From positions 687 to 64,686 of the forward strand of contig JASJDL010000001.1 of assembly GCA_030065775.1 (NCBI GenBank): a stretch of DNA of 64,000 bases, in the 5' to 3' direction. The stretch comes from Flavobacteriaceae bacterium (lineage in GTDB: Bacteria > Bacteroidota > Bacteroidia > Flavobacteriales > Flavobacteriaceae). Made by a program: the position numbers and the translations under genes. Of this stretch, positions 28,747 to 37,262 are shown piece by piece. Numbering within the stretch: the stretch's first letter is position 1; every line of letters begins with the position of its first letter. The notes beneath the pieces are model-generated. The model saw nothing but the letters and a program-made list of their open reading frames with translations. It was not told the DNA's origin and ran no database searches.

Positions 28747-31656
28747 TTAATTAGTATCACTTATAAAATAGCATCCACCTTCTATTTTATCGGGCGTAAA
28801 TGCTCTTTTAAACCATAATGGACGTCGTTCACCATTAGGTCCGGGGGCAGGTCGAGTCATTGATAGCCATTCTTTATAAATCTCATGTGATTTATTAGTA
28901 TCTACAACTATGTCACCGTAGTTTTCGTTAGGCCCGGGCTTCTCAATTCGAACACGCTGATGCCAGCAATGCATACCACTAATGGGGTCGGGATGTACGG
29001 CATGCGTGATATTTTGGTGTACACCACCATCTTTCCAAAAGATACGTTTCGAATCACTATCTTCAGATTCAAATGGTTGTATTCCCGAAAGCGTATTCAT
29101 ATGCCATTTACCTTGTCCGTCATTTTCAATATTAACAGTATTAGTGGCCCATCTATTTCCTATTTTATCTTGTGTTCTTCGCCATCTTCCTATGTGATGT
29201 GAGCAGGCAACTACACCTGGTTTCATACTTTGAGTCACCCATACTTTATCAATGAAGTAGCCAATATCTGTATTCATTTTGACTAAGTCCCCTGTTTTAA
29301 ATCCCCATTTAGCCGCGTCTTCCGGATGCATCCAGATCGGATTTCTATTGGAGATCTCCACCAGCCATTTGGCATTTCCCGATCGTGTATGAATTAAAGT
29401 TGGTAACCTGAAGGTAGGTACTAACACGTATTCACCTTTAGATTTGTCCAGGTGATCACTATGAATATGGCTTTTTATGTATTGGGGAATCGCATATTCG
29501 GGCCATTTCCAATCAACCATGGTTTGTGAATAGAATTCATTTTTTCTGGAAGGAGTAGGAAAGCCAACAACCGCCTTTCCTTTGATTAACACGCCAATAG
29601 CTTTTCCTTCTTTATAAACTACATCGGTTTTTTTATCGATAGTTGAACCTTCGAGCTGTTGCTCTGTTAATAGGGTTTCATTTACTTTATAAGACTCTCC
29701 CTGTTCTATTTCATAGGCTCCATATTTTTGCATATAGTTCAACTCTGCAAAAGGACCGGTAAAGCCATCAGCTTTAGCTGCTTCTGGTAGACCATTTACC
29801 CGTTCAAAAATGTATTGATAGTATTCTTCAATGGTGATTTTTTCTCCAGGCCGGTAAGGTGATTCAAAATGTTTACGGATACCCATACTGCCGTCTGGAT
29901 CAATGCGCCACGAAAGTTCAATCCAAAATTCATCTTCCTCCCAAACTTCTCCCGGATTTGCCTGGTAAGTATATTCAACAGGATTTCCATTTCTACGGGC
30001 AGCTTCCCTGAGCACGGGTTGCCTAAAGGCCACCCAGGTTCCACCATGTGTAGCATAGGAGTTGATGTCATGTCGCTCTGAAGCTAAGCCCATGGGTAGT
30101 ACAAAATCTGCATAAAAAGCCGTTTCATTCCAGGTGGGTGTCAAGGCGGCATGCACGCCGAATTTATCTTCATCAGTTAATTGTTCAATCCATGTAAATC
30201 CGTCGGGATAGGTCCATACAGGATTAAATACCCTTGTAAAATAAACATCCATTTTACCACGGCCTTCCTTGAGAAAATGAGGTAATAACTGACTCATTTC
30301 AAAAAAGGCGAGTGGGTACTCTCTTGGGAAATGTAGCTCATTCCACTTTTTATGAGGTTCAGGAGGATTTGGTTGTGTAGGGCTAAACTTATTCCATGAA
30401 TTCGGTGAAGTACCCCCTTTTGTACCTACAGCGCCGGTTAATACTGTTAAGAAATGTAAGCATCGTGCGACACACCAGCCCCCTAAATTTGATGCTCCAG
30501 CAGCGCGCCAGTTATGTGATGCGAATCGCTCTCCGGCTTTGCCAATTTCTCTGGCTATTTCTATGATTGTCGAAGCCTTAACACCAGATTCTTTTTCGGC
30601 AAATTCAGGCGTAAATTCTTTATATTCTTCGATCATCGAACTTATGTAGTTCTCAAAAGTCACTTTTTTCTTCGGATGCCTGGCCTCCAAATATTCCTTC
30701 CAATTTGTCCAATTTTCTAGATATTCTCTATTGTATAGCCCTTCTTTTAGAATGATTACTGCCATAGCCAATAAAACGGCAGCCTCGGTTCCGGGATAAG
30801 TGGGAAGCCAATAATCAGACATTGAAGCCGTATTTGATAATCTTGGGTCCATCGTGGCCAGCTTGGCGCCTTTCATTTTGCCTTCAATGATGCGTTGTGC
30901 ATGCGGATTAAAATAATGCCCAGACTCTAAGTGGGCAGATACCAATAAGATGAATTGGGCATTGGCATGGTCTGGTGATGGGCGATCGTAACCATACCAT
31001 ATATTATAGCCGAATCGCGCTCCCGATGAACAAATATTGGTATGCGAATTGTGACCATCGATTCCCCATCCTTGTAAAATCCAGTTCATGAATTTTTCAT
31101 GCCCTGGACGCCCAACATGGTATGCAACTTCGTTATGACGATCTTCTTTGATGGCTTTTCTAATTCTTGTTGAAAGCGTATCCAATACTTCATCCCATGT
31201 TACCCGTTCCCATTCGCCATCACCTCTTTTTCCTTTTCGTTTTAGAGGGAATAATATCCGGTCGGGATCTTTAATTTGATTGATTGTCGCGGGCCCTTTA
31301 GCGCAATTCCTGCCTCGACTTCCGGGATGATGAGGATTCCCCTCAAATTTCTTGACTTCCTGGGTTTCTTTCTCAATAAATGCTGTTAAGCCACAAGCAC
31401 TCTCGCAATTAAAACAAGTAGTCGGTACGATCTGATAGGTCTTTTTAACCTTTTTTGGCCATGCTTTGGGATCGTATTCGATCCAATTATCCCAGGTCTC
31501 AGGAGAGGGAAAATTTTCATACATTTCTGCGATTTCTTCATCGCTAAATTTCCGCATGTCTTGATCAGTCTCCTGGCGATTATCTTTGTGTAGATTTGGA
31601 ATGACCCCTAACTTTTCTGCTATGTTTTCGATGAATGAAGGTTTTTTATATCCCAT
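28747..31656 (-). CDS. Molybdopterin (bis-MGD, DMSO reductase family) oxidoreductase catalytic subunit, Psr/Soe/Arr-like, no Tat signal
   Basis: TTCFNCESAC...NCAKG FS0 cluster, DPDRILFPLKR.G.RG.G.WERVTWDE, SHTNICS putative Cys ligand, ETA.YAD.VLP, MHPEDA..G..GD.V; no RRxF motif. Confidence 0.9.
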   Translation of the reverse strand: MGYKKPSFIENIAEKLGVIPNLHKDNRQETDQDMRKFSDEEIAEMYENFPSPETWDNWIEYDPKAWPKKVKKTYQIVPTTCFNCESACGLTAFIEKETQEVKKFEGNPHHPGSRGRNCAKGPATINQIKDPDRILFPLKRKGKRGDGEWERVTWDEVLDTLSTRIRKAIKEDRHNEVAYHVGRPGHEKFMNWILQGWGIDGHNSHTNICSSGARFGYNIWYGYDRPSPDHANAQFILLVSAHLESGHYFNPHAQRIIEGKMKGAKLATMDPRLSNTASMSDYWLPTYPGTEAAVLLAMAVIILKEGLYNREYLENWTNWKEYLEARHPKKKVTFENYISSMIEEYKEFTPEFAEKESGVKASTIIEIAREIGKAGERFASHNWRAAGASNLGGWCVARCLHFLTVLTGAVGTKGGTSPNSWNKFSPTQPNPPEPHKKWNELHFPREYPLAFFEMSQLLPHFLKEGRGKMDVYFTRVFNPVWTYPDGFTWIEQLTDEDKFGVHAALTPTWNETAFYADFVLPMGLASERHDINSYATHGGTWVAFRQPVLREAARRNGNPVEYTYQANPGEVWEEDEFWIELSWRIDPDGSMGIRKHFESPYRPGEKITIEEYYQYIFERVNGLPEAAKADGFTGPFAELNYMQKYGAYEIEQGESYKVNETLLTEQQLEGSTIDKKTDVVYKEGKAIGVLIKGKAVVGFPTPSRKNEFYSQTMVDWKWPEYAIPQYIKSHIHSDHLDKSKGEYVLVPTFRLPTLIHTRSGNAKWLVEISNRNPIWMHPEDAAKWGFKTGDLVKMNTDIGYFIDKVWVTQSMKPGVVACSHHIGRWRRTQDKIGNRWATNTVNIENDGQGKWHMNTLSGIQPFESEDSDSKRIFWKDGGVHQNITHAVHPDPISGMHCWHQRVRIEKPGPNENYGDIVVDTNKSHEIYKEWLSMTRPAPGPNGERRPLWFKRAFTPDKIEGGCYFISDTN

Positions 31657-31668
31657 TTTAATGAAGTA

Positions 31669-33285
31669 TTAAGCGAGTGGTATTCTTTGAGGTGCTTCAA
31701 CCCAAATTTTTTCTGTAAAATAAATTCCTAAGAATATCGATAAAGCAGCAAGTGTTAACGTTGCTGTTGTAGGTTGGATGAATAGCAATACCAATGGTAG
31801 CACGTTACCTATTATAAGGGATCCCACCCAAAACAATGTTTTATACCTACCTGATGTGATCATTTTAACGACACTTTTTGCAGCAGTAGTAGCGTGTGTG
31901 GTTGTTAGTTCTGTTATCAACGTAAAAAGATTTACTAATAAGGCCCCAATTAAAATTGGCTTTAAGATTAGCATCCAGGATTCACTTCCTGCAATAAACC
32001 CGATGAAAATAAAGACAGCAGCACCCGCCATGATACTATGAACTAACATGTGTAGCACGAGTGAAGGACTTTGCCAGAAATCCCTTCCTTTGGCCTGAGC
32101 GAAAAGAAACGCTGTATATGTTGCTAAAAGAACTGCAAAAACTGCAGTGACCCATAGCAAGGGTTTTTCAGGGATCGTCCAATTAAAATAGGTGGCCGCC
32201 CCCCATAATGTTACCAGTAGTCCAAAGATGGTAATGGTATAGCCTCCTTTCACCAACCATGAGTTCCATTGCGGCCGTAATAAGACATATAAAAATCTGT
32301 CGGGCCTGTCTAAATCTAGAACTAGAAATAATCCTGTTAAAGCCAAAAAGAACAAAGAAACACCTACTGACCATAATTTGGTCGTGTCAGATAAATCATA
32401 TCCAACTAATAGGGCCACAAAAGGAATTAAAAAAGTCCCGGCAGCAATAGCTTTTGTAATGACATAGGCTATTACCTCCCAACCCCATAATATACCTTTA
32501 TCAGGAGTATCATAGACTCTTCTTGCCGAACCATTTAATACGTCAATATAATTTGGATTTTCAGACTCCTTTCGTTGGTAAGCTGCTTCGATTTCATTGT
32601 CTATGGATAGCTGCAACAAATCAATATCATCATTCGTATTGATCATTTTTTCGGCTGCTTTGGCGAAATGGCCAACGCCCCTTGCCTGGGAATTCCAAAG
32701 TCCGGGCCCGGACGGATGTGTAGCTTCAGGATTTAAAGAAGCCTCATCACCGTCTATGTAGTATAAATTTGGATGTGTACCTTTTTCGGGTTTTCTAACC
32801 TTAACCTGCTGCCGCGCCAATAATTGTGAAATTTCGGTTTGTGGATTTTCCATATCGCCTGCAATTATTGCATGTTCAGGGCAAACACTTACACAGGCAG
32901 GCTCCCGGCCAACATCAACGCGATGTGCACAATAGTTACACTTTGCAGCTGTGTGGGTTTCAGGATCAATATATAGGGCATCATACGGACAAGCTTGCAT
33001 ACACGATTTACACCCGATACATCTGTCATTGTCGAAGTCTACGATGCCATCATCTCTGACATATAAGGCCTCTACAGGGCAAATTTCCACACATGGGGCA
33101 TCAGTACAATGATTGCACCGCATTACCGAAAATATTCTTCGGGTATTTGGAAATTGACCTTTTTCTACTTGTTTTACATACGTACGATTAACTCCTACAG
33201 GAACATCATGCTCGGATTTACAGGCTGTAGTACAGGCATGACAACCGATACACTTTCGATTGTCAATTATAAATCCATATTTCAT
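31669..33285 (-). CDS. Fused 4x[4Fe-4S] ferredoxin (NrfC/PsrB-like) and NrfD/PsrC-like 8-TM anchor
   Basis: CIGCHACTTAC, CNHC..APC..ICP, CIGCKSC..ACP and CNYC...PAC...CP motifs, then WG..V..Y, DLDRPDRF and about 8 TM helices. Confidence 0.92.
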   Translation of the reverse strand: MKYGFIIDNRKCIGCHACTTACKSEHDVPVGVNRTYVKQVEKGQFPNTRRIFSVMRCNHCTDAPCVEICPVEALYVRDDGIVDFDNDRCIGCKSCMQACPYDALYIDPETHTAAKCNYCAHRVDVGREPACVSVCPEHAIIAGDMENPQTEISQLLARQQVKVRKPEKGTHPNLYYIDGDEASLNPEATHPSGPGLWNSQARGVGHFAKAAEKMINTNDDIDLLQLSIDNEIEAAYQRKESENPNYIDVLNGSARRVYDTPDKGILWGWEVIAYVITKAIAAGTFLIPFVALLVGYDLSDTTKLWSVGVSLFFLALTGLFLVLDLDRPDRFLYVLLRPQWNSWLVKGGYTITIFGLLVTLWGAATYFNWTIPEKPLLWVTAVFAVLLATYTAFLFAQAKGRDFWQSPSLVLHMLVHSIMAGAAVFIFIGFIAGSESWMLILKPILIGALLVNLFTLITELTTTHATTAAKSVVKMITSGRYKTLFWVGSLIIGNVLPLVLLFIQPTTATLTLAALSIFLGIYFTEKIWVEAPQRIPLA

Positions 33286-33366
33286 ATTGGCAATTTATTA
33301 GTTACTATTGGTTGAATTAAAATTGAATAAGACTTTAAATATAGACAGAAAAACACCAATGGATAA

Positions 33367-33380
33367 GTAACAAAAGTTAC
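33367..33380 (-). promoter_or_regulatory. GTAAC-N4-GTTAC box upstream of the molybdoenzyme operon
   Basis: GTAACAAAAGTTAC; -7-like TATATTTA at 33336-33343, offset 31. Confidence 0.85.
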
Positions 33381-33438
33381 ACAAGAGTAAATCGCTCATT
33401 TTCGAAAATCATAAAATGAGTAGAAACATAGGTACACA

Positions 33439-34074
33439 CTAGTCTAAATTAATGACCTCAATATTATTTCTGTGAAGTTCTATTTTATCTTGATTTTCAA
33501 GTTTCTTCAATAATCTTGAAACCACAACCCTTGATGTATGGAGTTCGTACGCAATTTGCTGATGTGTATTGTGAATAATATTATCTTCCGATATTCTAGA
33601 TTTTTCTTTTAGGTATTTTAACAAGCGCTCATCCATATTCAAAAAAGCGATGCTGTCTATAGTTTCGAGCATTTCATTGAGTCGGTTGTGATAACTTTCG
33701 AAAACAAAATTTCTCCAGCTTTTGTATTTGGCCGACCATTCCTCCATTTTTCGAACAGGAATCATAATAAGCTTAGTATCAGTTTCGGCAATAGCGCGAA
33801 TTTCACTTTTTGTTTGTCCTAAGCAACATGTAAGCGTCATGGCACAGGTATCACCTTTTTCCAAAAAATATAAAAGTAATTCATCGCCGTCATTATCTTC
33901 CCGCAATATTTTAATTGCTCCTGAGATCAATAAGGGTATCGATTTAATATAATCTCCAATTTCAATCATTTTGTGTCCTTCGGGAACTTCTTTGAAAGTT
34001 CCCACCTGATTTATTTCTTGAATAAGGGCGTCTTCGAAAAGATGACCATAATTCATTTTTAGCTCCTCAACCAT
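33439..34074 (-). CDS. Crp/Fnr family transcriptional regulator
   Basis: cNMP-binding-like domain with CAMTLTCC, RLL.YL, HTH THQQIAYELHTSRVVVSRLLKKLE. Confidence 0.93.
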   Translation of the reverse strand: MVEELKMNYGHLFEDALIQEINQVGTFKEVPEGHKMIEIGDYIKSIPLLISGAIKILREDNDGDELLLYFLEKGDTCAMTLTCCLGQTKSEIRAIAETDTKLIMIPVRKMEEWSAKYKSWRNFVFESYHNRLNEMLETIDSIAFLNMDERLLKYLKEKSRISEDNIIHNTHQQIAYELHTSRVVVSRLLKKLENQDKIELHRNNIEVINLD

Positions 34075-34308
34075 GACCTAAAGTTATAACAAATTATAAG
34101 ATAATTTAGATACACTTTTTCATTTGTACTAATAACAGGGACAAATACAGACCAAAATTATTTGTGTACACAAGGATTAATGGATCAAAAGTTTATAGAT
34201 AGATGTTGTTCAATCAACAACTCTTAATTATTGATAAATTTTTTAAGAAATTTTTAAGATGTAGAGTTGGAAAATATTTTTATTATTGCGTTCAATACCA
34301 AACAGAAA

Positions 34309-34611
34309 ATGTTAAACAAAAATGCCATAAGGTTATTTTTTGCATTCTTATTTCTTTTAAGTACTGTTGCGCCTTCCATTTCCACGATGATCGGACATCA
34401 TGACGACACTGTTTGTGTCGTTGATCTTATGGATTTGGAGAGCAAGGAAAAAGATCCTGTCAAGGATAAGGAAAATAAGATTTTGGACTTTAACAATTCT
34501 GGTCTATCATTGATAGATTTCAAATCGTTGCAGTTAGAAGAGTACTGCTTACATAACTACGCAACACCACACCTCAATCTTAGTTCCCCGCCTCCAGAAC
34601 AATACATATAA
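34309..34611 (+). CDS. Small exported/leader-type hypothetical protein ending in a PPPE motif
   Basis: N-terminal hydrophobic segment, acidic middle, C-terminal LSSPPPEQYI; ATG at 34309. Confidence 0.65.
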   Translation: MLNKNAIRLFFAFLFLLSTVAPSISTMIGHHDDTVCVVDLMDLESKEKDPVKDKENKILDFNNSGLSLIDFKSLQLEEYCLHNYATPHLNLSSPPPEQYI

Positions 34612-34680
34612 TATAAAATTCTGAGTTCATTGAACTCGCAGGTTTTTTAAAAGAATTTAATCTTACTTAATTTTTATTAT

Positions 34681-36261
34681 ATGTTAAAAACTATTAAGAG
34701 TGACTTGCCAGCGAGCATAGTCGTATTTTTTGTTGCAATACCGTTGTGTCTGGGTATTGCATTAGCAAGTGGGGCACCACTTTTTTCAGGACTCATTGCA
34801 GGTATCATTGGTGGAATAGTTGTAGGGTCCATAAGTGGTTCAAAAATTGGTGTCAGTGGCCCGGCAGCAGGTCTAGCTGCCATTGTGCTGGCGGCCATAG
34901 CAACATTGGGTGGATTCGAGAACTTTTTGGTTGCTGTCGTTTTAGGAGGCATCATACAAATAGTGTTTGCCGTACTGAAGGCGGGAGTCATTGGCTATTA
35001 TTTTCCTTCCTCAGTAATCAAGGGGATGTTAACAGGAATTGGAATCATTATCATTTTGAAACAAATTCCTCATTTCTTTGGCTATGACGCTAGTCCTGAA
35101 GGTAATTTTGCTTTTTTTCAGGTTGACGGTGAAAATACATTTTCAGAAATACTGAAGACATTCAATTATATACAGCCAGGTTCAGCTTTGATCGGGTTAA
35201 TAGGACTGATAATTCTAATTCTATGGGAAAAAGTTTTATCGAAAAAAGCAAAAATATTTCAACTTGTACAAGGGCCATTGGTCGCTGTAGTACTAGGAAT
35301 TGTTTTTTATGTAATTACAAAATCAAACGAATTTCTCGGAATTGGTTCAACGCACTTGGTGAGCATTCCAGTACCTGAAGACGCATCATCTTTTCTTGCT
35401 CAGTTTAGTTTTCCCAATTTTGCGGCAATAACCAATCCCGATATTTGGATAGTTGCCTTTACATTGGCATTGGTTGCCAGTTTGGAAACACTGTTGTGCG
35501 TTGAGGCAACCGATAAACTAGATCCGCACAAAAATGTCACACCAACAAATAGAGAGTTATTTGCTCAAGGAACCGGGAATATCATTTCAGGTATGATCGG
35601 CGGATTACCGATTACCCAGGTGATTGTACGAAGTTCTGCAAACATTCAATCAGGGGGCAGGTCTAAGCTATCGGCCATTATTCATGGATTTTTCTTATTA
35701 ATTTCAATCGTACTGATTCCCAGGCTGTTAAATATGATACCCTTATCGGTACTCGCAGCCATTTTATTATTGGTTGGTTATAAGCTTGCGAAACCAGCTC
35801 TGTTCAAACAAATGTATGATTTGGGTTGGAAGCAATTCATTCCTTTTACTGTAACCGTGCTCGGAATCATCTTTACGGATTTATTGATAGGAATCGGAAT
35901 GGGACTAGCAGTAGGAATTGTGGTAATCCTTATAAAGAGCTACCAAAATTCACATTTCCTGCATATTGAAGATAAGAGTAATGGAAAGCACAAGATTAAA
36001 ATGACATTAGCTGAGGAAGTAACGTTTTTTAACAAAGGGGCTATACTCAAAGAACTGGATAGCTTACCACTTGATACCTTTCTTGAGCTTGATGTTCGTA
36101 AGACGCGTTATCTGGACAATGATATCATCGAGATTCTGGAAGACTTTGCCTTTAAGGCAAAAGAAAGAAATATCGATATCAAATTGATTTCAGAAAGAGG
36201 GGTTGCTGAAAACCCTGATAGTTTTATACAATTCTTTAAACTAAGGCCAAAGGTCGCTTAA
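34681..36261 (+). CDS. SulP family anion (probably bicarbonate) transporter
   Basis: PLCLGIALASGAP, SGPAAGL, TQVIVRSSAN; this clade is typically linked to carbonic anhydrase. Confidence 0.9.
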   Translation: MLKTIKSDLPASIVVFFVAIPLCLGIALASGAPLFSGLIAGIIGGIVVGSISGSKIGVSGPAAGLAAIVLAAIATLGGFENFLVAVVLGGIIQIVFAVLKAGVIGYYFPSSVIKGMLTGIGIIIILKQIPHFFGYDASPEGNFAFFQVDGENTFSEILKTFNYIQPGSALIGLIGLIILILWEKVLSKKAKIFQLVQGPLVAVVLGIVFYVITKSNEFLGIGSTHLVSIPVPEDASSFLAQFSFPNFAAITNPDIWIVAFTLALVASLETLLCVEATDKLDPHKNVTPTNRELFAQGTGNIISGMIGGLPITQVIVRSSANIQSGGRSKLSAIIHGFFLLISIVLIPRLLNMIPLSVLAAILLLVGYKLAKPALFKQMYDLGWKQFIPFTVTVLGIIFTDLLIGIGMGLAVGIVVILIKSYQNSHFLHIEDKSNGKHKIKMTLAEEVTFFNKGAILKELDSLPLDTFLELDVRKTRYLDNDIIEILEDFAFKAKERNIDIKLISERGVAENPDSFIQFFKLRPKVA

Positions 36262-36272
36262 AAACAAAAAAA

Positions 36273-37097
36273 ATGGATCAAAAAAAATATAAAATACTCT
36301 TACTTTCAAGTTTAAAAAAGACCGACGTAACGGTGTTGAAAAGTACTGTGAATTTAGCACGGATCATGAACGCCGATATCAATATGTTCTATGTAAAGAA
36401 GCCGCTGGAAATTGTGAAAAAAGAAAGTCATTTGTCGGCAATGAGAATCATTAATAAGGAGTATGCCACGATCGATACCGAAATTAAGAAAATGATTGCT
36501 CCTTTTCGAGATGGTTCAGGTGTTACAATACAAACAGATTTTGTCTTTGGTAACGTAAAAAAAGAAATTGCTAATTACATTAATGAAGTCAACCCTGATA
36601 TGATTGTTATCGGCAAAAGAAAATCCAATGGTTTCAAATTTATAGGAGATAAGATTACAGAGTTTGTACTTAAGAACTACCATGGAATGGTATTAATTGC
36701 CGCTAATAATAACAGTCTGGAACTTAAAGAAGACTTAAAATTAGGTACCTTGAATTTTGATGAAGAAGCATTAAATCTTGGCTTTGCCAAGAACTTCGTC
36801 GAACAGACTAGGTTACCTTTAAAATCCTTTAAGATTGTAGAGAAATCAACAGGTCAACGAACCCGGGCTCCTCAGAACAACTCGAAAGCTGGCATTGATT
36901 ATGTTTTTGAACAAAATGACAATGTATTAGATAATTTATCAAATTACTTGTCAAAGAATAACATCGATTTGCTCTTAGTGAACCGAAACGATAAGAAGGG
37001 ATCAAGCGATTTTTTAAAATCTCAGTTCAAAGGATTAATTGATAAAAGTAATGTGTCCATGTTCTTACCAGGAACTGAGGCCTATGAATTAAATTAA
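36273..37097 (+). CDS. Universal stress protein (USP) domain protein
   Basis: GNVK.EI..YI....PDMIVIGKRK...IGD..TEFVLK. Confidence 0.8.
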   Translation: MDQKKYKILLLSSLKKTDVTVLKSTVNLARIMNADINMFYVKKPLEIVKKESHLSAMRIINKEYATIDTEIKKMIAPFRDGSGVTIQTDFVFGNVKKEIANYINEVNPDMIVIGKRKSNGFKFIGDKITEFVLKNYHGMVLIAANNNSLELKEDLKLGTLNFDEEALNLGFAKNFVEQTRLPLKSFKIVEKSTGQRTRAPQNNSKAGIDYVFEQNDNVLDNLSNYLSKNNIDLLLVNRNDKKGSSDFLKSQFKGLIDKSNVSMFLPGTEAYELN

Positions 37098-37262
37098 TAT
37101 GTTTAATATTATTAATTAATAATTAAACAAAAATTTAACAAGTTCATTGAAAATTTGGAACAATATCAATAATTAATTTAAGAATAAATAAATTTTAAAT
37201 TTATAGTGCTATTTTGGTCTTTTGATTATTTTTAGGATCAAATTCAAATCAAACAGGACTAT

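Noticed and set aside
28747-31656. Formate dehydrogenase, nitrate reductase or selenoprotein assignment
   Set aside because: No in-frame TGA; the ligand region and NrfD-type partner fit the Psr/Soe group rather than Fdh/Nar/Nap
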